Notes under the pieces: model-generated
Database searches by the model: none
Told to the model about the DNA's origin: nothing
Seen by the model: the letters and a program-made list of their open reading frames with translations, nothing else
Assembly: GCF_009834535.1 (NCBI RefSeq)
Contig: NC_045696.1
Location: 14,696,001-14,760,000 of the forward strand
Source of the DNA: Camelus ferus
Lineage: Eukaryota
Reading direction: 5' to 3'
DNA length: 64,000 nt
Program-made: the position numbers and the translations under genes
Part shown: in pieces, positions 51,101 to 64,000 of the stretch
Layout: each line of letters starts with the position of its first letter
How positions within the stretch are numbered: the stretch's first letter is position 1

Positions 51101-54100
51101 TTATCTAGAAAAGTTACAGACATACTTTCTACTCAATGATGTTTTCTTTCCCTAATAGTATAGCGAGTTGCCCAAACTTTCCCTTTGGGCCATTTGGATT
51201 GTTCCTCTTTAATTTTTTCCTTGATTCAATAGTTGGGAATTAATTTGCACATTCAGTTAGTTCTTGCTTTCTCTGCCTTAGATCAGCTTCTCAACTCTCA
51301 CTTAAACACTGTAAGTTGTTTTCTAATTAGTGTTCTGTGCATCTAGGTTCTCTACGTTCAGTGCTTTCTTCACTGTCACTGGGATCATCTTTCTAAAACA
51401 TAGAACTGTCTACAGAATTAAGTTCTGCTTTCACAGCATGAAATTTCAGGCCATTCACAATCCTGCTTCAAAACAGTGCTGAATGCTCATTTCCCACCGC
51501 TCCTCATCTGTTCATTTCTCATTTTCTACAAAAACAGACAGACTACAGAGCCATGGAGTAATTAACAATAATTCTGGGACTCTGAGTGCCCATGCCTTCA
51601 TATCTTTGCCTATGTGCATGTGTATGTCAAAAATGAATATTGTCTTTTGAATCTTTCACATATTTCCCACTCCCATGTGATACTTTAAAGCTTTAAATGC
51701 AAAATTCCTGTTCCATAAAGTCTTCTCTCAATGTCTAGAAGTAATTAATTGGCTCTTTTTTCTGCATTTCAGAAGTTGAAGCACACCACTGTAATACACA
51801 CATTTAAAAAACAGATATTTGAATCTTTAAAATATTTATACTATAATAATATGAGCTTCTGTTCCATTAAATTTTGGTGCTTAAGTGGTATTTTCATTTT
51901 CAATTCTCCAGGTATTAAACCTCACATGATCTGAGAAAACGTGCATATACTCTTCTTCAGTCCCTTAAGTCTATTAAGCAAGCAGCCAGGATTCTTAATT
52001 TTAAAAAGACCAATTTATGATTTTCACATATATTAATATACACTCAGAATACTTTATCAATAAAATCAAGAACATTGGAGCAAAAATGCATACACAAATC
52101 CTCTGATGCAATTGAATGAAATATAATAAAACTTGTGACATAAAAAGCTTTTTCAATATAATTCTGTAAGAATTTCAGTCAGCAAGAGGATTCTAGTCCT
52201 ACACCTTCAAGGAGAGCTAATTCCACGTGAGTGAAGAGAAGAAAATCTGACATTCGCAAAACTGGGAAGTTTGTTTATTCCAAAAATGACTCAGGTAATA
52301 CACCCTATTAAAACATCTTTCTTGGCCCATTCCACAGTTTCCTTTTACCCATATCATGGCACAAATGACTTAGAATTTACAACAACACTCCAATAAATGG
52401 AATAATTTTATGAGAATTGTTATGTTTGATAGTATTCTAAATATGTGAGTATAAACAGAACTTTAATTTCTGTTAATGTGATGTAGGTTAATGTGTTTAA
52501 CTGAATTTTGTGCTCCATTTAAATCTGGGCTGGATATCAGTATGATCAGTATGTTCATCCACTTTTTTATGTAGGAAAGAATAAGAAGGCAGGGAGATGG
52601 ATGTCTTTGGGGTACAAGACAAATGCCCAACAATGCTTAGGAACTGAGAAGTCTACAATAGAGTTATACAGCGTCCTCAGTGTCCTCAAGTTATTTATAG
52701 TTTTGTCTGCAACATAATCGTCATAGAAGGAACTGACTGGAGTTATTTGGGGTTAAGTGAAGTGGTAGAATTTCATATAATTTAGTTCTTACTTTAATGA
52801 TGGTGAGAGAACATTTCATAAAAGTTTGCAAGTATATGGCAAATGGTTAGTTGACATTTTCTTTGAATACTTGAAGGTCCAGTAACTGTCAGCACATGGT
52901 ATTTTCAGAAGTCACTCATATCTTAACTGTCTCAATGCCTCAGGTTTCTGAAAATGGACATTCAAGGAGTCTGCCCACACAGTTCAACTCCCACCACTGA
53001 TCACATTGATCTGAAATTCTCTTGTAAATAAATCCAGTGAGAATTAGAGTCCAGATCTTATGTCTTCTACAAAGCTTGTATGTAGTACAATTTTTGGACT
53101 TTCAGCTTTTTATCTGACAGAAATGCCTTTAATTCCTCAGAATAGAGAGGTATATTGAAAAAACTTTTTATACACTATTCCTTCTATATGACTTTGTCTA
53201 CATTGATTTATGTTGCTTTTAGACATTGATTCTATCACTTAAATATATAGGGGTCTGTTTGAATTTTTGTAAATTTGCTGTGCTTCATCTACTTGGAGGC
53301 CATCTGACCATGGTAAAGCCAATTCTGGTCACTTTCAGCAAATGAAAATTTTAAGTCTGGTTAAGAATGGGATGCCAGGACAGAATTTAAAGCATTAGAA
53401 GATTTGAAGAGATCTGTATTCTACAGCAATAATTTACACAAACTCATAAGTAATCTATTGGAATGACAACCAAAATTATTAGGTGACTGGTCTGGATCTC
53501 TTAAAGAATCAGGCAGAAGCAGCAAACACTTCAAATATTTTGCAATCTTTTGAATTTCATCATTTCACCTGTAGAGGCACCTAACCCTTTTCTTCATTGT
53601 TCCCTTGGCTTACTATGCTTCTGACTAATAACTTTACTGTTTGAAGACAGGTCAGCTTTTCAGATGTCAAGTGCTCTTCCTTGTGGAATAAAATTAGAAG
53701 TCTTTTTTGAATGACAGCCATATGGATAGATAAAATTAAAGCCCTTCATGATGAGAAATAGTAGTCCTTGGAGATGTTAGCTTCTCTCCCACAGAAAAAA
53801 GGGCAAGATGAGGTTAGTTTTGCTGCTCCCATATGTATAATGCAAGATGGAACATGAAATACAGTGATCCCACATCATATTCAACATAGAGCCTTCCTTA
53901 AGTATGAGCTTTGTTCTAAAATCCCTTTCATTTTGCTATAATTCTCCTTTTATTCGTTTTTTGAAAAATTGTACTTGAGTGATAGAATCTAAGCTCACAA
54001 AGGTTTTTGTTTACTTATTTTATTTTATTTTTGTATGTTCAACTACTACTTACTTATTTTTTCTTTGTATATGTTCAAATATTAGATGCTTTTATTTGAC

Positions 54101-54239
54101 ATATATAAAGTGTTTCAACTTACTGCAAAGGAGAAATACTGCACTGTCACTTAATAAATGTCACAATTATTAACCAATAATTCAAAAGCATTTATTCATA
54201 AGAGATCAGGCTATGTAGATTTGTGGTAGATTTACTTTT

Positions 54240-54878
54240 GTAGGTTTAATATTAAATGATCTCTAATGGTCCACATCTTTGGATAACATCCTCTTATTGA
54301 ATGAGGGAAGGACCTGAAATTTGCTTCTAATCATTAAAATATGACAAATATTAGAGGTTATAATTCCTGTAATCATATTACATTATATGGCAAAGAGGAA
54401 GAGATTTAGCAGATGTAATTAAGGTTCCTAATCAGTTGACTATATGTTGATCAAAAGGGCATTTATTATGAGTGTGCCAGTGTAATCAGTGGTTTGTTTT
54501 AAAAGGGCATGGATATTAGAAACAAAAGAAGTCAGAGATTATCTTTCTTTGGCTATCCTTGAAGAGGCAAGCAGTTATTGAAGTCAGGGCTACATGGTAA
54601 GGAATGGTAGGAGACCTCTAGGAGCTAAAGGTTTGGAGTCTCATAATTACAAAAAATAAATTCTGCCAATAATCATGTGAGCCTTAAAGAGTACTCAGAG
54701 CCTCAGATAAGACCCACTCCCAACTGATGCCTTGATTGCAGCCTGTGAGACCCTGACTAGAGGACCAACTAAGCCATGTCTGGATTCCTGAGCCATGGAA
54801 ACTCTAAGATATTAAGTGGGAATTGTTTTAAGCTGCTAAGTCTGTGATACATTGTTATGCAGTAGAGTAATATCTACA
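54240..54878 (+). mobile_element. MaLR LTR (MLT1E-like)
   Basis: 'gcagatgtaattaaggttcctaatcagttgac', 'ccttgattgcagcctgtgagaccctga' and 'ttgttttaagctgctaagt'. Confidence 0.85.
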
Positions 54879-56136
54879 TGAGGGTCTACTCTGGGAACCA
54901 ACAACTTTGATATTGAGATACATACAAATTCACAATACAAAGTAAAATTATGTAAGGCTTCATCAGAGAGAGAAAAATAGATTGATGGGAATTTAGAAAA
55001 AGGAGTGAGAACTTCTTTCTGAAGGAATCAAGACCCTTCTCAAAGAAGGCAGTTTTGTATTCATATAAAAGTGAAGTCATTTCTCTAGATAAATATGGGA
55101 AGAACATCAGAGCTGATGACTTACATTAATAAAGGCATCTTGGCAGCTGCATGGGGACTAGCGAGATATTTACATGGATGTGTGAAGTATGTGATGGGGA
55201 ATAGTGAGGATTTTGGTTTAAAAGTAGTTTAGGGACTTCAGGATAACTTACCTAGTGTGGGTTATTACTGAAGATGTTGATAAGGACAAAATGTAGGTAG
55301 TTTTCCACTCACTATTTTGGTAATCTGCCACAAATTACTTCCCTAAAAGCTTCTCTCTTCCCATCTATGAAATGGGTAAAGAAAAGACCTACTGTGTAAT
55401 GTGATTTATGCAATGATAATGGTTCTAGTTGCTCAATGCAGAGAAGGACTGGAGGTTATTATCTACAGCATCTCTGGCCATAGCATGGAGGCTAAACTGG
55501 AGGGAAGGAGATGATAAAGGTTAGTTAGAAGGTATCATGATGGTTTTGGACTGGCATCTGTTAGAAACAGCAAGAATAACATATGAAAGATAGATATGAG
55601 AAGCTGGAAAGTTACAAAGAACCAAGCATACTTTCTTGCCAATATAAAATATTTCTAAAAGCAAGAAGAAAGCTTGACAAGGTATTAAAAGTTCAAAATT
55701 AAAAAAAAAATCTAAAATATCTGTGTTTTTATTTCTGGGTCCAATCTGTTATTTGATGTCATTATTAGACTCAATATTTTTATTCTCAGAACTGCCCCAG
55801 GCAGAGTTGATTTTGTTTCCTAATGGAAGTGATTAAACATTTTGAAACACGGGGTGATGTAATCACATCTGTTCTTGGAGAACATGAATGTCATGACGTG
55901 TGGAGGGCAGATAGGAGCCCAATGTGGCACCAGCGGGTAAAGTGGTTAAATGCTGCCACGTAATCCAGCAAAGTGAACGTGAGGCCTGTAGGAGAGACAT
56001 GATGGTAAGGATAGAAAGGGGGTAGTACTTCTAGACATAATTCAAAGGGAGAATTTTAGGAGTTTGTTGAATGAGTGCATAGGGGATGTAAATATGGGAG
56101 AAAAAGCAGTGATTCCAGTGGTATCCTGGGTCTCTC

Positions 56137-56280
56137 AGTAGCAGATTTTGCACATTTGTCCCCAACTTCCTTTTAGTGTTATCAAATTGTTACTCAAATT
56201 AACCATGGTGTGAATAGTAACAACATTACAAGTTAGGATTATTTTAAGACGAACTGATTGTTAAACATGGGCCAGCATAA
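56137..56280. mobile_element. MER63-like hAT fossil
   Basis: 'cccaact..aaattaaccatggtgtga..acaagttagg..ttgttaaacat'. A related stretch lies near 2460-2620. Confidence 0.4.
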
Positions 56281-56616
56281 CATTGAATGATTCTTAGTTT
56301 TCAAGTGAAACTTAAGCAGCTAAGAAGATGGTAGTTCTATGAACTGAAAAAGGTAAGTTGAGAGAAGGAAAATCTGAATTGAAAAAGGTAAATAAAGTAA
56401 AAAAAAAAAAAAAGCATGACTTTCTGTTGGAGGAAGAGGAAAATGTTGTTTGATTGAGGGCCTCTTGGATTGAGATTCCAGAGGTTAGCATTGTTCTTGA
56501 TACTTGGTTTTATATTCTTCTAATAGTGATTGAATGACTAACTTGTCTGTCTCGTAGTAAGAAAACCTATGAGGAGACTGGAAATGTGAAATCTGAAGTT
56601 AGAAGTAGATATACAA

Positions 56617-56619
<3 letters not shown>

Positions 56620-56654
<35 letters not shown>

Positions 56655-56655
56655 A
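56620..56655. repeat. (CA)n microsatellite
   Basis: Directly visible. Another imperfect (CA)n lies at 58387-58420. Confidence 0.95.
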
Positions 56656-56957
56656 TGCAGTATGTAGAGTCATCTATATAGATGTATTTGAAGTAATAAC
56701 AAGAAAGGATTTCATTAAGAAAATGTGTGGAAATATAAATAGGAAAATAAAGGGCAGAAGTCTGAGCAGTTTCTGACAAAGGCATTTGAGAAGAAGGAGG
56801 TGAAATGGCATCTTCACAAGTCTAGTGGGCGAAGCGGGAGATGGGATGAAACACTGGAAATCAGACAAGGATGAAATCTGAGCGTCTGCCAGAGGATTTG
56901 ATGAGCAGTGAGCTGTGGGATACAATGCTACTCAGACAGTTGGAGCAGAATCTACAA

Positions 56958-57065
56958 AGTTTCTCCAAATGTAGTCCTTCATAAGAGCCACCTGGAGGGT
57001 TTGTTAGTGCAGATTTTCAGGCTCCACCTTCAGCAACTCAGATCCATTAGTGGGTTCAGGCAGGA
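56958..57065. mobile_element. MER5-like hAT fragment
   Basis: 'gtttctccaaatgtag..cacctggagggtttgtta..gcagattttcaggctccacc'. Confidence 0.6.
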
Positions 57066-58634
57066 AGTCTACAGCCTGTTGTTTCAGAAACATTGTAGAA
57101 GGGACTGAGAAATAACAGGAAATAAAATGTGGAACTGCAAGATTAGGAGAATAGCTTTTTTTCCCCCCCTGCATGTTGGCAAGAACTGGAGAAGAGAGAA
57201 GCATTAGAACTTTGACTGGAAGTGGGTTCATAAAGTGTATTTTCAGGTTAGGACTGAATTGAGTATGTTGATCAAAAAAGTGTGCAAATTAGAGAAGAGA
57301 AAAAGACCAATGATGGCCAAAAAAAAACGAGGACAAGTAAGTGGAGTGCCGCAGTGGGGGAGAGGGGAGTGGTTACGCACTTTTAGAGATGTCCAGGGAG
57401 AGAAAAAATGAAGACATTTCAACTAAGTAAAGAAACTTTTGTTCAAGGAAGCACTTAAATGTGGAGCACAGTGTACCATGTTCTGCTGATAAAAGTAACA
57501 GCTATTATTTAATATTTCTACCGTAATATCAAATAAAATATATTTGACAGGAAAATGAGAGGTTTTTCCTTTTAAAACTTAAATTGATTAGGTTTCCACT
57601 AAGGTTTCAAATTCCATTCATACTCAAAAGGCTTTATAATACTTTTTTTTTTCCCCAAGTGAATACAGCTATAAGCAAAGCTCTACTCTTCCTGAAAATG
57701 TCTGTATAATTACAAAATCCCAATTTCATTAGATTAATTGACACCACTCGGCAGATTTTAGATGGAAAGACACTTTGGGTAGGGAATTGGTTAGGAAGGT
57801 GTTAGAAAGTCTGGAGGAGCAAAGGGAGGAGTTTTACACAGAGATTAGGAAGGTACGCCCATCTGTGGATGGCGGGTGTCAGCCTTGGGCACTGAGCTGC
57901 AGGTGGCACCGTCCTGTCCTTGCTGCTGAACAGAAGGAACTGCTGACGGTGCTGGCACCCACAATCCCAGCTACTGCACATGCCAATGCCAGAAGCATAA
58001 TAATATGTCCGTTTCCCCCACTTCTAGTTTATTACAAGTATTTCCACAGGCCAAATCCAGCTAACTTCCATTTTACAAGGGAGACGCGGGAATTTAGTTT
58101 TCAAGCTTCTAACCCCTGTAAGACTTTGAAGAGCACAGAAAGGTTAGATTGGGACTCAGTGCTCAATGACAGACAATATCTAGCATACACTGTCTCTCCA
58201 AAAGGGAATGATATTGCGCTTGAAGACACAAAAGGACGATTTTAATGATACAAGAAATGTTATAAAAATACAATGTTATAACTGGCTGCATGTTTCCTAA
58301 GTTGTGAGATTCGGCTTTATTTTTCTGCCTTTTTTCATTATATTTTTCTTGGTGGCCTAATCCAGAGCTTTTTTGTGACTGCTGAAACACACACACATAC
58401 ACACACACACAAACACACCTAAACACATCTATTTATCTATCTACCTACATATCTATTATTTATTTATGTGTCTTTATATTTGTGAGGCAATTCATCTTTT
58501 GAGAAACTTTCTGAGAAGTAGCTTACTTACACAAGGGCCATAGTTTAGATTTGATAACTCTGTTATTTAGGAACCATTTATGGATAGTTTGCGATGTACA
58601 TTTTACTAGGTCCGATGGGAAATAAAATCACCAA

Positions 58635-58860
58635 TGATGTCAGCTAACATTTACTGAGAACTGATTTTGTGCCTGGAGCTTTTCTAAGAGGTTAACATGC
58701 AGCATCTCAAGGCATCCTTACAGCTACCCTATGCAGTAGACACTCGTTATACCCAGGCCCCAGGTAACAGCAAAAAATAAAAACAAACAGCAGCCAAAGA
58801 GGAAGCACAGAGAGTCCATGTAGCTTGTCCAACATGACTTTTCATCAGTGGTACAGTCAG
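58635..58860 (-). mobile_element. MIR SINE
   Basis: 'cagctaacatttactgag..tgtgcc' and 'gaggaagcacagagag..agcttgtccaa'. Confidence 0.65.
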
Positions 58861-60234
58861 GACGATAAGGACTTAATAGCATTGTAAGGAAAATGCATTA
58901 CACATAAAAACATCTTAATAGAAAGTAAAAGCTTCTATGTATCATAAGAATTAAACAGAATGCATTGAGCAAGTACTTACTTAGAAACAACTTTTTTTCC
59001 ATGTCAGTATGAATTACAGGTGTGTAGTTGACATTCAAACATCCTAGTTTACCTTCAAATCTATTTTATGAACTGTTCTTATTAATATCACCTGAAAGGC
59101 ATGTGATGGAGCATGTCCATGTGTGGATGTGTGTATGTTTGTGTGTATGGCAGAATATCCATATTTTTTCAGGATCACTTTTCTGATGTGCCTACTTGAG
59201 AAGTGATTGGAAAAATTTGCAGGACACTTTTAGGACAGTGATATTATATTTAATGCTGAAACCACTATCGAATCTCTAAATTTAGAAAAAAGAAATGTTT
59301 TTGTATACTTTAAGGTAGTTAAGATTTTGCTGTGTGGTGCAGAGAACAGCCACAGATGAGCACAGGGTACCTAGCACTTTACCATTTTGAGAGTCTCCTA
59401 TTCTCTGTAGGTTTCTCCATGCTGAACTTGAACGTCAACTAGCTTCCAAATCACCATCTTAGACAGGAGGAAGTTGTTTGATTTAATTCTTTTTGACAGT
59501 TCCTTCAAACATCACGTCAGGATGTCTCAAACAAATTATCCAAATAGTATTCAACAGTAATTTTTCTGATTAAATCACAATATTTAGACAATCAGATTCA
59601 TGCAATTTTAAAACTAGGATCATAATTTATACACCAAATCATGGAGGCAGATTTCTTTCTTGTTATGTAGACAAAAAAAACAAACAGAAGCAGTTATTTA
59701 CATATATTAACCCTATAGAATCAGGTAATTTTGGTTAAGAATCAAAATGGATAGTAAAACTTAGAAAAATTGTGGAAGAGAAAAGAAAGTGGAGGAGAAA
59801 ATGGTAAATCTAGGATTTTTGAGAGAAGATGGAATGGGGGTGGAGGCAGATGTGTGCACGTGGGTGTGAGGCAAAGAGTATGTGCAATAAAACATTCAAG
59901 CGTGTATATTTGTCCAAAGATTAAAAACTATGAGTAGGCTTGAAAATGAGAGAGGAAGGGAAAGTGAGAAATTTCCTCTGAAATTTTGATCTGATGTAAC
60001 TGGTGTTTTGGTTTTTCCATCATCTCAGAACTTGGGTTACATCTTACGTATAATGCCTAAGAATGAATCATTAACTTGGAGGGTTTCTAACCTTCAAAGA
60101 AAGGACCTCTTCCTTTTAAGGATAATAAGATGGGGTCTGAAGCATTTTTGACCCATAGAAGGGCCAGGAGAATCAGTATTAATGTCTGTTCTATTTTATA
60201 TATTTCTCTGGGGAAACTTCACATCTGTTTTTCT

Positions 60235-60400
60235 AGTTTATCCTCACAATAACCCTGCGAAGTAGGAAAGACAAATATTACACTCCTCATTTTATAGATG
60301 GGAATCTGGGGTCCATTAAGGTCAAACGACTTGGCCAAATTTGAACAACCAAGATTAGAACCCAGGGCCCCTAAGGCTCCATCTAGAACCCTCTCTGGCA
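60235..60400 (-). mobile_element. MIR SINE
   Basis: 'atcctcacaataaccctgcgaagtagg..cattttatagatgggaatctgg'. Confidence 0.75.
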
Positions 60401-62244
60401 CACCCTGATATCCCCTATTTAGGCCTCTTGAAAGCAGCTTTGTGACATAAGTATAAGTCAGGTTTTCTTCTTTTGGACAAGTTCTGTTCATTCGCTTTAT
60501 TTTTCTGAATTAGGAATTTTGAGAGCGCTAACACCTTAGTGTATGTACAATGGATTTTTCCTATTAGGTAACGCTGCCCTTTGCTTCACCCACCACACAG
60601 CTGGGCTAAGTAATTCTAAAGGAATGCTGTCATGCCAAAGACTCAAGGAAAAGTAGGTTGAGTAAAAAATCAATTTATTAAAACAAATCCAGGTTTTTTT
60701 CATTGGTTACACTTTTTAAAAGTCCCTTGCTTAAACATTAAGGTGTTCTTCCCACAGAAATAAATAATAAGTTTATGTGTTTGGATAAATAGCAAAAAAG
60801 TAAAAAAGATTACGCTTTCTGAAAATGTGACTATTTACCAAACCCTAGAATGTGTACTTTCAAAAAGCTTAGAAACCAAACTCATAAAAACAAAAACAAC
60901 AGTGCTTTGACACATAGAAGTATTAGACTGTAGAAGAGAGTTATTTTGACTATTAAATAATAATGCTATAGATTTTTTTTTTCTCTCTTAATGACTGACT
61001 TAGTTGATTTGTTTGGGAAGTTCTACCAGACAGCTCTCAGAGACGGATTTGTTCCAGGTGCTCATTTAAAAGAAAAGATATTCATCAAGCAAAGATTAAG
61101 GTCTAGTTTTGTTTTCCTCTGGCCTAGAACTTGGCTTGTTTTGCTCCACATGAGCTGAAACTCATGGCATTTTTTTACCCCTGCAGTCAAATCTGTTAGT
61201 GTCCAGGGTTTCAGAGCAGTCAGTTCTAAAAGATCTGTTCCTCCCAACAGATGGTTCCCTTTAAATAGAATCCACTTGAAATGACACTGGGGTTTATATT
61301 TCACTTGTGGCAGATAAACATTGACAGGTTTGAATTAGTGGACTAGGTTTTCTTAGATGTTTCGGTGAATTTACAAGGTTGAGGGAACCTAAAACCTAAA
61401 AATGGAGAGAATGATACTGCTTCTGTAACAAGGAAACAAGGTGTGTCCTTTTAATTGTCCGAGGATAAGTGGTAACATACAACAATTTCCAAACACATGC
61501 TATGACTCTAGGACCAAACTATCTACCAGGTGGTATATTAAGCTTTAGCATTTGGAGAGCTGGGTCAGTAGACAGCTTTATCCAGGATGCCCAGAGAAGG
61601 GAGTGATGGACTGTAAGAACAGAATGTAGACAAAACAAAAACTCAACAAACTGGGAAATACGGTGTGGGTCTGTGTGTTTGTTTTGCTTTGGTTGATAAA
61701 TATGTTTATGTTCATGGAATAAATGAAAAATAGTGAATTGAGGCACTGCAACTTGGTCTTCTATTTGTTTGCATGGGTAATAGGTAAATGGTGAATTTTG
61801 TAGCTCATAGCACAAAGAAGGTTTGGAAGCATGACAGATATCCCTTGGGGATAATACACTCCTAGAGAACACTACAGCTTGATAGATGCAAAAGAAATTT
61901 CTATTCAATATGTAGTAGGAAAGAATTCTCAGCTTTTGTTATTCTCAGAAGTCATAACTGGGGATAGTTTCTAATAAATCTCTCTGCTCACTTGACAAGA
62001 ATCTTAGCTGGAGATTTTCAATTTTCCCTCTTCCTCAAGTCATCCCAGCAGCTCTGAGATGTCAGCAGCATAATTCTCTGGTGGAATAAAGACAGTTTTC
62101 CCATTGATGGCTCATCTTCAGTTTCCTGGCGTTTCTCTCCACTCTTGAAAAGATCTGTGTATTATACCATGAGATTATAGTGGCTTGGGTAACAGGCACT
62201 TCCACTTGAGTCATTGCATGGAGGTCAGGAAAATGATGGTAACT

Positions 62245-62395
62245 CACTTAATCCCTCAAAATGACCCCATTTTGCAGAGAAGGGAGCTGAGACACAGGGA
62301 AGTTGGGGAGCTCGCTCAAGATCTGACAGTTAGTAAATGCTGGAGCTAATGCTTCCTCCCAGGCAGTCTGGTACTAGAGGCTCTGTTCATCCCCA
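62245..62395 (-). mobile_element. MIR SINE
   Basis: 'cccattttgcagaga..ctgagacacagggaagtt..ccaggcagtctgg'. Confidence 0.7.
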
Positions 62396-63452
62396 GTGGT
62401 CTACAGCCTTGACTGTAGAGGTTTCCAACATTCTCCATAAATGCAAAACAAAGGAAGACACTATGCCCTCAGTAAATGGAACCCAAGTCGTAGGAGGGAA
62501 GAGGAATTTGGATTAAGTTAATTCACCCTGATTGAGAAAAATTATGCACAAGCTTGTATTTGTTTTATCAAAAGGAGCAAGAGTTATTAAATTAATCCTG
62601 AATTGATTGCATTTCAGGCCAGCTCTACGAAGTTTAAAACACATAGGAATATTAGGCTAATAAGCTATATTTAGCAGCCATTTTTAAGACGAAAATGATC
62701 AAATATCAGCTATCCTTTTTGGTTCAAGCTGATAATGTAAGATCAAGAAGGAGTTTCTTGCAGTACCCTAAAACCAGCTACAGCCAATCAGATTCACCTG
62801 ATGACATGGCTGGAGGTTAAAATCTGTCCAGGCACAGGCAGAAGCCTATGGTGCTGTCTTCAAGGTCCTCAGGTGTTTTGGGGAGCTGCCGTTTTGTTGT
62901 ACACACCTGCTTCATTAGCCAAGGGAGAGAGAAGTGATTATACGCCTGGAACTAGCTACCCCACCAGCAGGAGGCTGCCTTGAGAAGGGGTTTATGAGTT
63001 CTGCTTACAATGCTGAACCCTTGTTCTGATCAGAGAGACACTTCCTCAAGAGACCGCTAGCAATAAAAGCTGCTATTTGCCCAGCTATCTTACCTGATCT
63101 GTTGGAAATGCCTCCAGTGGCATGTGGATAAATTTGTAGTGAAGATTATACAGGGATGTTTGTAAATGTGTTAAAAGAGAAAAATATTTCATAATGTCTG
63201 GCCCCAAAACTGAGAGGTAGACATTCATGCATCCAGATGTTCAACACCCCAACCAGACTGTTCTGCAGTTTGTACAATGATAATCTAGCTTCAAGAGAGT
63301 AAAAAATGGTTTTGAAAGCCTGTTGAATCACCGAAGAAAAACTAAATTGTATGCCATAAGACTTAAATGCTAATTCTATTTTGAACAACAGGATTTAGGG
63401 TTTTGAGAGGATTAAATTTTCATCTACTTATTTCTGTCCCTGAATCATTCTT

Positions 63453-63562
63453 TTTTTCTTTTTAATTCTTTTTTGGTAAGGGGGAGGTAAGTAGGATTTT
63501 TAGTGGTGGTACTGAGGATTGAAAACCTAGTGCATGCTAAGCATGCACTCTACTCTCCCCCT
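63453..63562 (-). mobile_element. Vic-1-like SINE, internally deleted, with 13-bp TSD
   Basis: TSD ctgaatcattctt at 63440-63452 and 63563-63575; body 'ggtactgaggattgaa..gtgcatgctaagcatgcactctac'. Confidence 0.85.
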
Positions 63563-63921
63563 CTGAATCATTCTTGATTCAAGAGCCTTTTGTTCTGTCT
63601 TTTTCCAAAGGTAACTAGATTGCAGCTGAGTATTCTGGGTATGGTTTCCTGACATCTTCTTTTGGCCTTAAGAAGACTGTCCACCCTTTATCTTGTGGAA
63701 TATGCTTCACTTTGACTACAGGCCACAATAAGGAACAGATCAAATACTAGTAGTAAACTCATAATTCCAGAATAAACTAATATCCACCCAGACGAACTTT
63801 TAAGAAAAAAAATCATAGGTACAGAGTCAAGAAAATAATCATAAGTTATGTTTTTTTATACATATACTGCTCTAGTCAGCCACTCCCTCGAGTCATGTTG
63901 GTTTCTTTTAACATTTTCTAG

Positions 63922-64000
63922 ATGATTTCTCATGAAAAACATTCCCAGTGCTACTCGGCCAACACGACCATCTACCGAGACAACATGAGGGGCCATACAA
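63922..64000 (+). other. Candidate exon start at window edge (unidentified)
   Basis: Acceptor 'gtttcttttaacattttctag' followed by an open frame MISHEKHSQCYSANTTIYRDNMRGHT with three CpGs. Confidence 0.15.

Noticed and set aside
57775..58245. Longest ORF in the window (156 aa)
   Set aside because: Non-ATG start, no recognisable domain and no convincing acceptor. It is compatible with chance in a locally GC-richer stretch.
1..64000. A novel multi-gene biological system
   Set aside because: No intact coding genes or operon-like structure. The content is explained by mammalian repeats plus unassigned non-coding DNA.

Overview
AT-rich, CpG-depleted, repeat-dense mammalian genomic DNA, intergenic or deep-intronic. 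It is most likely from a camelid, because it carries several copies of a tRNA-derived SINE matching my recollection of the camelid Vic-1 family. No protein-coding gene, functional RNA gene or CRISPR array could be identified. The ORF track is largely explained by decayed L1/ERV sequence, microsatellites and chance. The window holds many L1 fragments, MaLR/ERVL/ERV1 LTRs (three well-delimited solo LTRs plus one MLT1 with target-site duplications), an ERVL integrase remnant, Tigger/hAT DNA transposon fossils and MIR/L2 remnants. The best leads are regulatory or non-coding: a MER41-like LTR with a perfect GAS site near a kB/ISRE/AP-1 motif cluster (15.6-20.9 kb), an octamer triplet, a CpG-retaining X-box element, a possible spliced + strand non-coding or micropeptide transcript, and two orphan exon candidates. 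I see no convincing evidence of a new biological system. Repeat family names come from recalled consensus similarity, and boundaries without a stated TSD are approximate.
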